From Mobula hypostoma (lineage: Eukaryota), in NCBI RefSeq assembly GCF_963921235.1, contig NC_086097.1, forward strand, positions 41,418,001 to 41,482,000: DNA of 64,000 nt, in the 5' to 3' direction. Shown one piece after another: positions 13,352 to 25,540 of the stretch. How positions within the stretch are numbered: position 1 is the stretch's first letter; every line of letters begins with the position of its first letter. A program made the translations under genes and the position numbers. The notes under the pieces are model-generated. The model did no database searches. It worked only from the letters and a program-made list of their open reading frames with translations, and was not told where the DNA came from.

Positions 13352-13808
13352 AATCAGAATCAGGTTTATTATCACCGGCATGTGTCATGAAACTTGTTAA
13401 CAGCAGCAGCAGTTCTATCCAATGCATAATATAGAAGAAGAATAATAATATTAATAATAAATAAGTAAATCAATTACAGTATACCTATATTAAATAGATT
13501 AAAAATAGTGCAAAAATAGCAATTATATATATGTAACATCCTGGGAAAGGTAGCACTGCTAACATAATGATTTTTATGTAGCAACAGTGTTTGGGTTACG
13601 GCTAGAGATAACGGGGGCTTTGGAATGTGCACTGTCCAAGGAAGGGCTTGTTTTCTCTTGTTGTGTGCCTGAGACCGAGGTGATCTGGGTGACACTGAGT
13701 GCCAGGTTGTTGCTGTGACACCACTCCACTAGTTGGCATATCTCGCTCCTGTACGCCCTCTCATCACTGTCTGAGATTCCACCAAGAATGGTTGTACTGG
13801 TCAGCAAT
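13352..13808 (-). mobile_element. Rex1/Babar LINE fragment nested in CR1
   Basis: Minus-strand TTILGGISDSDERAYRSEICQLVEWCHSNNLALSV (RT C-terminal region) and an aataaacctgattctgatt tail. Confidence 0.8.
13532..13680 (+). mobile_element. 5' fragment of an LTR, same family as 35055
   Basis: tgtaacatcctgggaaaggtagcactgctaa...cagtgtttgggttacggctagagataac aligns to 35055 onward, starting at the same TGTAACA. Confidence 0.75.
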
Positions 13809-14829
13809 GATGATGATGAGGAATCTCTTTAGCCAGAGAGTGGCAAATCGGGCGTACATTGCCACAGGCAGCTGAGGATGCCATATACGTACATATATTT
13901 AAGGCAGATGTTGATGATAGGTTCTTGATTGGTCAGTGCATGAAGGGATATGGAGAGAAAGGCGATTCAGGCTGAGAGGGAAAAGGGATCAGCTATAATA
14001 AATGGTGGAGCAGACTCGATTGGCCAAATGGCCTAATTCTGTTCCTATATCTTGTGGTTAATTGGTCAGAATGGTGTACTTGAGATTAGGTTAAAGTAAC
14101 TGGGTGATGCAGGTTCATTGGGCTCTAAGGGCCTGTTATCATGCTGTATCGCTAAATCAAATAATAAATCACAAAGAATATGTAATCTTCCCACTCCGCA
14201 AAATGGAGATGCAGTATTCAGTCTGACATTGAGAACTTTGAGTCCATATATCAGGGGCACACAGCAACTTAGTGTAAACAGTAGAAGGCGTGCACTCCCA
14301 CCAAAATACCCACTCACAAGCATCATCAGCGCAACTCCTGCATTGTCCTCACCAGCCAGCTCAGACGTCACAGAGCTGGAGTGCAAGCAGATCAGCCTCG
14401 ATACCAAGGGCAACCTGAGAGTGCAAAGAGCTTGTAAATCAGAGGAGTATCCACTCTATTGATGTGCATCTGGTTGATAACCAACTGACACCTGTCTTTT
14501 GGTGGATTTTTAGTCCTGGGCTGCTTCCATAAAACTTTCACCGTGCACAGCCCACCCTCCTCAATCTCTTTGAACTTTGAAGCAGATTTACCAGCAGGAA
14601 AGACTGCTCTGCTGATGACAGCCATGAAGAGGATAATCATGAGACACAGTAATGAACTGAGGCCCGGGGTAAATATCCACATGCGCCCTCCACTTCCTCC
14701 GTTTTACGAACTTTATTTTCTGACAAGCTCATACTTTAATATGCACATGAACTTCATCAGCCCTCATTTACTTCAGCAAAAATTTTTTTTTTTTTAATTA
14801 AGCCTTGGCCTTTTCTATGACCAAGTTGA

Positions 14830-15112
14830 GTCCAACACAAACCAGAAGCACGACACCTCATGTTCTGCCTGGATAGCCTACAGGCTAGTGGTATGGGTAT
14901 TAAAATTTTCAATTACATCTTACCCACATCTTTCTCTCTCCTCCTGATCCTGCCCCTCACCTCCTTCTCACCTGGTTCCTCCTGCTTCCCTGTTCCCTCT
15001 CACTTCTTTACTCTGGCTATCTCCTCTCTGTACGCTCAATCCTGTTGCAAGACGTCGACCATCTCTTTGCCCCTGCAGCTGCTGCCTGACCCACTGATTT
15101 CATCCAGCAGTT
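14830..15112 (+). mobile_element. Penelope 3' end / pseudo-LTR remnant
   Basis: cacctcatgttctgcctggatagcctaca, a pyrimidine tract and gctgcctgacccactgatttcatccagca, all similar to 52380-52844. Confidence 0.75.
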
Positions 15113-15129
15113 TAAGAAATCATGCTTAT

Positions 15130-15780
15130 TGTCGACGACTCCATTCCCCTCCAACAACAGTACAGAGAGATAAAACAAGATTGGAAATGATCAAATTACA
15201 TCAAATGAAAATGCTGAATGAATGGCCTCCAAGTTTTTTCAAACTTAATGGAAGGATCATAAACTGCACTTCTAATTTTCTCCAAATTCAAACACACCAT
15301 AGTTTGTGAAAACCAATGAAATACAGTAGGAGGGTTGATCTCTTTCCAATTCAACAAAATGGACCTTCTAGCTATTAAAGTAAGAAATGCAACCATCCTT
15401 CGTGATGAAGAGGTTAAATTATTTAAGTCTATCATTGGTAGTCCAAAGATAGCAGTAATTGGATGAGGTTGTAAGTCTATATTTTTAAGTTGTTAGTCTT
15501 GCCCAAGTCTTTTAGTTTAGTTGATTAATTTTGTTTTTCTTTGGGGATGGGGTTTTTTTTTGTTTTGTTTTTTTTTTCTTTTTCATGCTTTTTTTTTTCC
15601 AGGTTTTTTTGCTTTGTATTATCCGTGGTTAGTTCTACATGTTTGGGAGCTTTGTTAATTTCCACTACTTGGTTTTGCAATTACTTTTTTTAAGTGTAAC
15701 AATATATCTCCTACTATTTGTATTATTGCTATGTTTTGTTTCTGTATTTTGAAATTAATAAAAAGACTGAAAAAGAAAGA
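15130..15780 (+). mobile_element. Short L1 insertion with 5' inversion
   Basis: 15130-15484 is L1 ORF2 C-terminus on the minus strand (NIDLQPHPITAIFG...IARRSILLNWKEINPP...KFEKTWRPF). 15485-15780 is plus-strand 3' UTR with aataaa and an A-rich tail. Flanked by aaga(a/c)atcatgcttat at 15114-15129 and 15781-15796. Confidence 0.85.
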
Positions 15781-16424
15781 AAGACATCATGCTTATAAGG
15801 CTGCAGATTTATTATACCATCCCCGTACAGTTGTTAGTTTTATCCACATTATGGTTTCTAAAGATTTCTCCACCACCAAGGCTAAACTGAATCACTAGAG
15901 TTACCTTTGAAAGGCTACCATTAAGGAATTCCAGGAATACAGCAGCTACTGCTGGTATTTTGATTGACATGTTGGATGTGGACATGATTGAAGAGAATGA
16001 GACATGCTCTGACTCATAATGCAGCAAGACGTGGAGCTATGGAGATGCAGTTTCCCCCAAAGGAAACAACATGTTTTTAATATAAACATCCAGATAAAAT
16101 AGTTTTGAAGAAATGCTGCAATGTTAAAACATTTACAACAGATCCTGGAATTGCAGTTCAATAATAGAAGTTAGGAATGAGGCAGAGGAAACAATAAAGC
16201 AAATCCATTCAGAATTCAATATCTATCTAAAGCAATAGGGCCTTGCCACGGTTATTAAATGATCATCCGCTGGCCATTCTCCTACACAGGAGATTGTGTA
16301 GATTGTTTTTCAAGCTGGAGCTGTGGGATTTTCTCGTAAAGCTGCAAATTTTGTTGAAACGATGCAGAGAGGTTTGGTTCTGTAGGAGAGCTTTGTCTGC
16401 TGTGTCTAACACAGGAGCTGGTGC

Positions 16425-16890
16425 GAGAACATTGAAAATAGAGCAGTACAGCATCGGAACTGGCCCATCGGCCTATGACGTGCCAGCTGAACTAATCCTT
16501 TCTACCTACACAATGTCCACATCCTTCAATCTCCTGCACATTCATGTGCCTATCTAAGAGCTTTTTTGTCTCCTCCACCACATCTGACAGTGCATTCCAG
16601 GTTCCCAGCAGTCTATTTGTTTAAAAAAAAACACTTGCCCAGCACATCTCCTTTGAACTTATCCCTTCTCACCTTAAATAACTGCCAATTAATATTAGAC
16701 ATTTAGCCCCGGGGAAAAGATACTCACTGTCTACGCCTGTCATAACCTTATAAACTTTCATCAGATCCCCCCTCACCCTCTGTCACTCTAGAGAAAGCAA
16801 CCCAAGTCTGTCCAACCTTTTCTATAGTACATGCCCTCCAGTTCAGGCAACATTCTGACCGACCTCTTCTGCATCCTGTCCAAAGCCTCA
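16425..16890 (-). mobile_element. CR1 3' fragment
   Basis: gagcagtacagcatcggaactggccc...ctcttctgcatcctgtccaaagcctc is the reverse complement of a CR1 3' end. Confidence 0.8.
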
Positions 16891-17085
16891 GTTTCAAGTT
16901 GAACTTTATTGTTGTTGAACTTTACACATGTATATCATGAAAGGAAACAACATTTCTCCGGGACCATGGTGCAAAACGCAGCACATATTTCACATACAGC
17001 ACGTAAAATAATATTAGCACAATAGTATTAACAACTAAAAAAAATTTTCTGTAGATGTGCAAGTTGACATAAAGTGCATAAAGTC

Positions 17086-17435
17086 AAATGTTGAAAGACA
17101 TTGATAGCATGGATTTGGAGAGGATTTTTTCTCTGCTGGGGGAGTCTATGATCAGAGGACACAGCCTCAGAATAGAAAGACATCCATTTAGAACAGTGAT
17201 AATGAAGAATTTGTTTAGGCAGAGAGTAGTGAATCTGTGGAATTCATTACCACAGGCAGCTGTGGAGGCCTAGTCTTTATGTATATTTAAGGCAGAGGTT
17301 GATAGAAGGGCATGAAGGGATACAGGGAGAAGGAGATTGGGGCTGAGGGAGAATTGGGTCAGCCATGATAAAATGGCAGAGCAGACTTGATAGGCCAAAT
17401 AGCCAAATTTTGCACCAACGTCTTATGGTCTTATG
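17086..17435 (+). mobile_element. CR1 3' fragment
   Basis: MLKDIDSMDLERIFSL...RQRVVNLWNSLPQ and a tcttatgg tail. Confidence 0.88.
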
Positions 17436-17572
17436 GCATATATGACATATCGTTAAATATACTACTACTGAGATTGTCATTAATATATGTACTGGGTAGT
17501 AACATCATGTTCGGAAGTCTCACAGCTTGGGGGAAGAAGCTGTTACCCAGGCTAACAACCTTTGCTCATATA

Positions 17573-18142
17573 CAGTGGATTCTGGTTAACTGGGCCATCA
17601 GTTAATCAGGGATAGCTGTTTATTTGGGCTGATTCTTAAAGAACAAAAACTAATTGAGAAAGTAGCCTGGATTCCCTTCTTTTATTTGGGACATTATGCT
17701 GCTTAATTGGGACAGGAGACTGTTGCCAAACAGTTTCTAACTAGCATCAGATGCTTGCAATTGTGTGGCAGTTAGACACTACAGTGTGCTTAGAGTGGAC
17801 AGTGTTTAAATAATGTCGGTTGAGTGTGCTTACATCCCAAAAGCAGTGATTTTTGTCACTGATAGTTGGTGAGAAGTAAGTAGTAAGACAATTCAGAACT
17901 GTTTTGTTCACTGCGGTTTCAAGTGTTCAGGCTTGGAGATTTTATAATACTGTAGTAGCTTTGGTAGTGTTTTAATTCATTCTGTATTTCATTTAAATAC
18001 ATTATTTGTTACTCAGTTAAATGGTAGTTTGTCTTTTTTGTACCTTTTTAACCATTTCCATTAAGCCAGGTAATTAGGGCAGCCACTTAATTGGGCTAAA
18101 ATTTACTGGTCCCGATGTGTCTCAGTTACCCAGAATCCACTG
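17573..18142. mobile_element. Tigger/pogo-like MITE (570 bp) inserted in a Rex/Babar fragment
   Basis: Terminal inverted repeats cagtggattctggttaactggg and (reverse complement) cagtggattctgggtaactgag. TA on the left flank, tg on the right. No ORF. Confidence 0.85.
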
Positions 18143-20354
18143 TGTTGCAGTACCTCCTGACAGTAGGAGGTCAAAGAGATTGTGAAATGGGTGGGAGGGG
18201 TCCTTGAAAATGCTGAGGGCTCTGTGAATGAAGTGTTTCTGGATGGGGTGGAGAGAGATCCCGATGATTCTCTCAGCAATCCTCACAATCCATTGCACGG
18301 TCTTGCAGTCACATGCCTTGCAATTGCCATACCAGATGGCACTTTTATGGAGCTATGGACTTGGACATCAAGATCCCTCTGCAGATCAGCACTGTTAAAA
18401 GTCTTGACATTATCAGCGTTCTGTCACTTTACATTTGAACTCCCAAAGTGCAACACTTTACGTCTGGCTGGGTTAAACTCGATCTGTTATTACTCTGCCT
18501 ATATCTGTAACTAGTCTGAATCAGTTATATCCTCTGGCAGTCTTCTATATAATCCACAACACCACCAACCTTCTATCTTCTTCAAGCCATTTGTAACTAT
18601 CTGAAATAGTCTAGGTGCTTTATATATAGGTATATCACAATCTGAATCCGGGAATATTCTATACTCCAATTACAGCGTGACATTCTAATGAGGAGATAAA
18701 TCATGTAAAGATTCTGAGCCCTTAATTCACTGAAGGGTTTTTAACTTAAACAGATGTTAACCCTAAGGTGAGGAAAGTACAGTGTTTTTTTGGAAAATTT
18801 TAATATATTTGATTGAATGAATGGATGTATTAACTGGCATTGCTATTTGCCCATTTAATTGAAGTGTGAAAAGAAGACAACAAAAGTAGCTTATCCTTAC
18901 TCTAAGCAGTTGTCTCAAAATTATCACTGATGTTTACAGTGTTATTCAATGGTGCTGGCTTGGAGCAGATGCACAGAAAATATAAAATGATCACCTTGCT
19001 CAAGTTCGAGCTGTTAAAATCGAACAGATATTACAATTGTGCACAATAATTCAGTGTTGTTCATGAGATAATACATTAATTCAAGCTGTATATTGGCTCA
19101 AAAGAAGTACTTAGAAATAACTGATGATATCTTCAATAATTTGCATTTCCTTTATTACATACAATCTGAAATGTGCTATACACATTGAATCTTTCTAAAG
19201 TTAATTCTTAAAAGCAATATGTTACTGAAATGTGCTGTTTGAACAAAAGCTTTCCATCTATTGAAATCTTTTATCCTGGACAAGCCAAATATGATATGGT
19301 CTGGATGTACTGAACATCATTCTCAATCAGCCAGAGCCGAGATAACATTCGCTCTCCACCTTTAATTCTATATTTGAGATTGCATTATTCTCTCAGAAGA
19401 CAGAGAAAAAAAGTCCAAACGTTTGAATAATCTCTCCAAGAGCTAACATCAATTCATTTGTGAACAACGTATTCAGGTTTCTCGAACAATATTGTAAAGA
19501 AAAATTATCAGGCTTGTGGAATTAAGAGGTTTCAATAGGAATTTAAGGAAGTAAGGTTTCAGGGAAGAAACCACTGCCAATGGTGAAGAAAATAAAAGCA
19601 TTAAGTTGACTTCTCTGTCCATAGATTTTACCCAACTTGCTTAATGTTTTCTTCAAGCTCTGCTTTTTCTTTTCATTTTTTCCAGGTATCTGCAGTCACT
19701 TATTGATGCTCAGGTGTTAGCTAATAGATAAATAGTGGTAAAGAAAGTAGTGATTATTGTTTTTAATTAATAGTTGTGTGGGATTTCAAACAATAATCTA
19801 TGAGGGAAGGCTTGGCATCAGACTAGTGCTTTGTGTACAACACTTCCAATCGTTTCACTATTACTGATGAAATCTTGAGAAAAGCAAGTGGTTGGCAGTG
19901 TTGAGAAACTCGAAATGCAGTGACAATTGGCTCCTTTAATGTGAAGTTAGGAGAACTTCCAAAGCAGGAACCCATCTTGGAGGGAATCTGATGCATATTC
20001 CTGCTATCAGTAAACAATATACAGGTCTTCTACTGGTTATGAGTAGCCAACTTATGTATAGCTTGTACATACCAATGAGGTTTGAGAGACAAGTGGGATG
20101 GATTTGCTGGTTACTGCATGGCTACAGACATCTTCACCTTCACAATTCTGACTTGCGAGCTGTTCGAGTTATAAGCAGTTTTTGGGAATGGAACCCTACC
20201 ATAACATGGAGAGGATTGTAAATATTACACCCTTATTCAGTGTAGCAGGTAGCACACTTCTTATCTGAACCGGGCTCACTTGACTTGCTGGCCACACTGG
20301 AGCCCAGAAGTCAGAGGTATACAGTCCAGTTTCTCATGTGTCCCAGATCACTCC

Positions 20355-21445
20355 TGTACTGAAGATTGGTGGTGGTGTGGATAGCACTGAAGACTGGGCT
20401 ATAGATTAGTTGCAAATATGACACAGAAATGGCAGATGGAGTTCAACCTGGCCGAATATGAAATGTTGTATCTTGGTAGGTCAAATACAAACAGACAGTA
20501 CAGTGTTAAGGGCAAGACCCTTAACAGTGTGGATGAGCAGTGGATCTTGGAGTCCAAGTTAAAAGATCTGCCCAGGTTGATAGAGTTGTTAAGAAGGTAT
20601 ATGACATGTTTGTACACAAGAAATTCTGCCGAAACCAGAAATCCAAAACAACATACACAAAATGTTGGACTCAGCAGGTCAGGCAGCATCTATGAAAATG
20701 AACGAACAGTCAATATTTTGGGCTGAGACTATTTTTCAGGCCAACTGTTCTTCAGAACCCATCTGTAGGTGCTGAAGAAGGGTCTCGGCCTGAAACAAGA
20801 ACTATTCATTTCCATATCATATCCTTGCCTTTGTAAGTCGAGGTACTGAATTCAAGAGTCAGGAGATTATGTTGCATCTTTATAAAACTGCAGTTAGACC
20901 ACATCTGGAGTATTGCATACAGTTCTGGTCTCCCCATTATAGGAAGGATGTTGAGGCTATGGAGAGGGTGCAGAAAAGGTTTACTGGGATGATTACTGCT
21001 TGGATTAGAGGGCTTATGCTATAACATGAGGTTGGACAAACTTGGGTTGATTTCTCTGGAGTGGTGAAGGCTGAGAGGAGATCTAATAGAGGTTTACAAG
21101 ATTATGAAAGGAATAGATATACAGCCAGCATCTTTTTCGGAGGGTTGAAATGTCTAATACCGGAGGGCCTGAATTTAAGGTGAGTTGGGGTAAGTTCAAA
21201 GGAGGTGTGAGGGACAAGTTTATTACATAGCAAGTTTTGGATGCCTGGAATGTGCTGCCTGAGGTAGACACATTAGGGACTATTAAGGGACATTTAGATA
21301 GGCACATGAATATGGGGGAAATGAAAGGATTTGGACATTGTATAGGCAGAAGGGATCAGTTTGCCATTTGATTACAAATTTAATTAGTTTGTACAACATT
21401 GCAGCTGAAGGGCCAGTTCCTGTGCTGTGCCCTCTATGTACTGTA
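20355..21445 (+). mobile_element. CR1 3' fragment interrupted by a Penelope pseudo-LTR fold-back
   Basis: KWQMEFNLAEYEMLYLGRSN, gttagaccacatctggagtattgcatacagttctggtc, and a CR1 3' UTR. Confidence 0.85.
20613..20812. mobile_element. Penelope pseudo-LTR fold-back with a degenerate hammerhead
   Basis: Minus-oriented pLTR (ctcagcaggtcaggcagcatctat) followed by plus-oriented ctgaagaagggtctcggcctgaaac. Confidence 0.7.
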
Positions 21446-21574
21446 ACTGGATTTTTTCCTTTCTTTATTTTCTTCCCCTCCTATTAGACTGAAAGGTGAC
21501 CTTATCAAGGTAAAATCATCAAGGGACTATGTGAGCTGAATGCTCAGTCTTTTTCCTTGGGAAATGAAAGAAAA

Positions 21575-22005
21575 AGATTTCAAAGTAAATTTATTATCAA
21601 AGTACAGACATGCCACTATATTCTATCCTGAGATTCATTTTCTTGTGGGCATTCATAATAAATAAAAAGAAACACAGTAGATTCAATGAAAAACTACACA
21701 CAAAGACGGACAAACAACCAATGTGCAAAAGACAACAAATTGTGCAAATACAAACAAAAACAAAATAATAATAATGCATATATAGGTAATATATGATATT
21801 GAGAACAGGAGTTGTAGAGTCCTTGAAAGTGAGTCTGTAGGTTGTGGAATCAGTTCAGTGTCAGAGGTGAATTTATCTACTGTGGTTCAGGAGGCTGATG
21901 GTTCTGGGGTAATAACTGTTACTGAACCTGGCGTTGTGGCACCCAAGGCTCCTTGTACTTCTAGATGACAGCAGTGAGAGGAGCTCATGGCCTGGATGGC
22001 GGAAC
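21575..22005 (-). mobile_element. Rex/Babar-type 3' fragment nested in a CR1 fragment (~21490-22270)
   Basis: caaagtaaatttattatcaaag...gttcaggaggctgatggttctggggtaataactgtt, similar to 25140-25540. Confidence 0.65.
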
Positions 22006-22999
22006 TATAGGGCATTACTTTAAGGGGAGGGGAAAGATTTGAAAGTATCATAGGAGGCTGCTTCTTCAGGCAGAGGGCAGTGCACATATGGAATCATCTG
22101 CCAGAGTTAGCAACTGAGACACGTACAATAAGACCATTTAAAAGACATGGACATGTCCATTGATAGGAAAGGTTTAGAGAGGTATGGGCTAAATGTGGGA
22201 AAATGGGGTAGGGGCTCACTTCGATGGCCATCATTGTCAGCATGGACAGGTTGAACTAAAAAGCCTGTTTCCTTGAGGTGTTGTCTATGACTTTATTTAT
22301 TAGCAGGTGAATTAGTAGCTTTAGATTAGAATTTAAGAAAGCAATGTCCCAGGAACATTATAAAAGTGAATTCCCTAACAGTGAAGAAAATAGTAACTGT
22401 ATATATTTCAATGTAAATAGACAATGGGATATAGCTAAGCCTGCAATACAAAGGGTGTTTGTATTTCATTTCAGAATTCTCTTGAAGTCAGAGGAACTCT
22501 ACATCAGCAGTGGATTTTTGTGGTCTAGTTCACCATATTGCTTGTTTACTACATTTCAACCAAGCATGGATCTCTACTACGCTGATAATTTTTCTTACAA
22601 TCAATGCAATTTTCATATAAGCTGGAAATGCTGAACGCTGCCCTTCAGCCGAACAGGGCTTGGCAGAATGCACCAAGCTTAGCCACACTGTTTTTATAGT
22701 CTTCTTTGCAGTAATAAGTCGTGGAATAAAATCGAAATCAAATTTGACATGAGTATGGGACTCCTTACTCCCATTTGCTGAATACTGCAGTATTTGAAGG
22801 AGTGCAAAATGTGCCAAAATTATATTGAAGCAGAACATGTCCTCAAGGGGGACAGGAAATAAAACTTCAACTAATGAAGGATACATGCTTGGGCTTAAAA
22901 CAACAGGGTTAATATTTTATTCAGGTTGTATTAATACAAATGCAACTGCTAGGTAATATATTGTAAACAAATTTTAATAATTATAACTGCTGAAAGTCT

Positions 23000-24233
23000 A
23001 ATATAAAAACAAAATGATGCAAATATTCTGCAACTCAGGCATCATCAGTGGAAAGAGAAACTAAATTAAAATAACAGGTCAAAGATCGTTGGTTAGGCAT
23101 CTTGAATTCCAATTTGTTATTTCCACCAAATCCCATCCCAGCTACTTCTCTCCACACGTTTCTGCCAAATGCAAGGACCACTCATTCATGACTTCTAGGA
23201 CTGCTCATCGTTTCCTGATGATTTGCAATTCCTCTGTAATTGCAGGAGGTGAAACACTTGTCCTTAAAATCCCCCTTTACCACAATCCAAGGACCTAAAG
23301 AGTCCTTCCACATGCGGCAGAGATTCACAAGGACTTCTTCCAACCTCGTTCAGTGCTCTCGATATGGCCTCCTCTAGTTCAGGGAGACCAAGCACAGACT
23401 AAGCAACCACTTTGCACAGTGTCTGTGCTCTGTCTGCAATGGCCATTCCAAGCTCCCTGTTACAAGCCACTTCAATTCCAGTTTCCACACTGACCTGTCT
23501 GTTTTCAGCTTTTCTCACTGCCAGGTGAGGCCCAACTCAATTCTGAGGAAAAACACCTCATATTCCTCCTGGGTGGTCCTCAAACCTATGGTATGAGCAT
23601 TAAACTTTCCATTTTCTGATAACTCTCACCTCCAGTTTGTTTCCCAGAACACCCCCCCCCCACCCATCCCCACACACTCTCTGTCCTTCCGATTCACCTC
23701 CAGTCCTCCCATATTGGTCACCTTGCTCATAGTCTCCATGACACCCCTAGCCCCACACCCACTTTGTCTTATACCTTCTGGTTCCATCCACCTATGAGCC
23801 ATGAACTCCTCCAACCCTTCAGTCCCCCACCCCACCAGCCTTTGTGTTCATCTTTTTTTTGCCTCATCTGTCTCCACCCTTTCCATCATCCCACCCCCCC
23901 CCCCCTTCCCGACCTGGCTCCTTCAGTTTCTCATTTCTATGGTCTGCTTCCATCTATTATCCACCCACCTCCCAACTCCACATCCTTCCACCCTACTTGG
24001 TTCATTCTGCCAAGCATCTTTCACCCCTACGTGGTCCATTAATCATCTCAGACACCTATCTCACCATTCTCTTCTCTTTAAACTGGCTATCTTCCCATTC
24101 TGCTCTTAGTCCTGATGTACATCTTTGTTCCAAAATGTCGACTGTTCCTTTCCCTTGATGCTCTTGACCTGCTGAGTTCCTCCTGCAGATTGTTTGTTGC
24201 TCCAGATACCAGCATCTGCAGTCTCCTGTGTCT
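23000..24233 (+). mobile_element. Degraded Penelope with an inverted 5' pLTR, GIY-YIG remnant and 3' pLTR
   Basis: ggagaccaagcacagactaagcaaccactttgcacag (GETKHRLSNHFA), a C/T-rich 3' UTR and agtcctgatg...aaaatgtcgact. Confidence 0.8.
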
Positions 24234-25139
24234 GTAGGCAATATATTTTCTTTGTACAATTCCTTAGTTTCTATATTCGTCTCTTATTCTGTTTTCATTA
24301 AAAGAAGTACATTGCCAACTCCGGATGGTAAAGATTACAATTTTTGCATTATCCAAGTATTCTCCCTTTTATACATCGTGTTTCAGTGTTCCATGGTTTC
24401 TACCATTGAATTGTTGAACAGAAATTTATCTGAAGGCCTTTCTGTTTATGTCTAAATTGGAGTGGCAGTTGTTGAGCTGCATGTGGCATTCGTAATTAAT
24501 TTTGTAGTAAGATATACATTTAGCTGGATTGAAAGGGAATTTCTGTTCAGAATTATGAAAACAGCAAACAATTTCTTTCACAAGAAAGGCACCATTTTAA
24601 TTTTATCTTGATTTATATTTGCATAATATCTCAGATTAAAATGGGCACAGAGCTTCTCAGGAATACCATATTCAAATATCGTCACATTTAGCTTGTCACT
24701 GACCCGACTCTTAAGGGAATTAAGCATTAATCAGGAATTGTTAAATAACTAAAGTATTAAAAATTTTAGGTTGAAATAGAGCACCTGCTTTCAGGAGTAA
24801 ATGCTTAAAAAGGACACAGCATGAAATTTAAAGAAAATGGAGTATAGAGGACAAAGACCAACTTTCACTTAGCTATAATTACCACTCCTCTATCTCTTCA
24901 AAACGCTTGTGATTTTATTATTATTTATCCATGAGAACAGGCCAGGTCTTGGACTGTTTTATAATTTTAAATGTTTGCCAAATTTACCAGAAACTAAACA
25001 TTTTCATCAGATAATTATTTAAATGGTTTCCCTCCTACAGGGTGGAATATTGTTAGTAGTTCAGTTTGCTTCCAAATTTATTGGATAATTGCCTCATTAT
25101 TTTGACATTTTTTTCAAACCATGAGAAATGGAGATCAAA

Positions 25140-25540
25140 CGCCAAAGTTCCATGTAAATTTATTATTAAAATGCATATATGTCACCACATACAATCCCAA
25201 GATTCATCTTCTTGTGGGTGTTCATAGTAATGCAAACACAATAGAATCACTAAAAGACCACACACAACAGGATGGACAAACAACCAATGTGCAAAAGACA
25301 ACAAAGTTCAAATACAAAAAGAAAAATAAATAAATAAATAAACAATAAATATCAAGAGCATGAGTTGAAGAGGCCTTGAAAGTGAGCCCATAGGTTGTGG
25401 AAACAGTTCAGTGTCTGGTGAGTGAATTTGAGAGAAGTTATGCCCTCTGGTTCAAGTGCCTGATGGTTAAGGGGTAATAACTATTCCTGAACATGGTGGT
25501 GTGGATCCTAAGGCTCCTGTACCTCCTTCCTGATGGAAGG
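25140..25540 (-). mobile_element. Rex/Babar-type 3' fragment
   Basis: Close similarity to 21575-22005 (gacaaacaaccaatgtgcaaaagacaacaaa). Confidence 0.65.

Larger units (their letters stand above)
6768..14058 (+). mobile_element. Near full-length degenerate CR1 LINE (ORF1 zinc finger/leucine zipper + SGNH esterase; ORF2 APE + RT) with three nested insertions
   Basis: ORF1 remnants IGDSIV, VCCLPDARIRNV...LIHIGTKDIG and RDGLYLN at 7080-8000. APE start LKVLDFNARSIWNKVDEL at 8178. VETLWIELRNCKGKKTL at 10186. [30 protein letters not shown]. 3' end near 14058. Confidence 0.9.
5915..14168 (+). mobile_element. V-SINE split into three pieces (~5915-5988, ~6685-6767, ~14056-14168) by later insertions
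   Basis: The head ...ctgtaaggagtt, V-domain gtttgtatgtt...ccgggtgctccagtttcctcccaca and tail ggttaattggtca...gggcctgtt...gctgtatcgctaaatcaaataataaa are collinear with the intact copies at 34156 and 37198. Confidence 0.7.

Noticed and set aside
14066..15309. Several 85-150 aa ORFs
   Set aside because: No recognisable domains or exon structure; they partly overlap Penelope and L1 remnants.
23620..24110. Pro/Ser/His-rich ORFs and strong C/T skew
   Set aside because: Explained by the pyrimidine-rich Penelope 3' UTR, also seen at 36680-36960 and 52455-52745.
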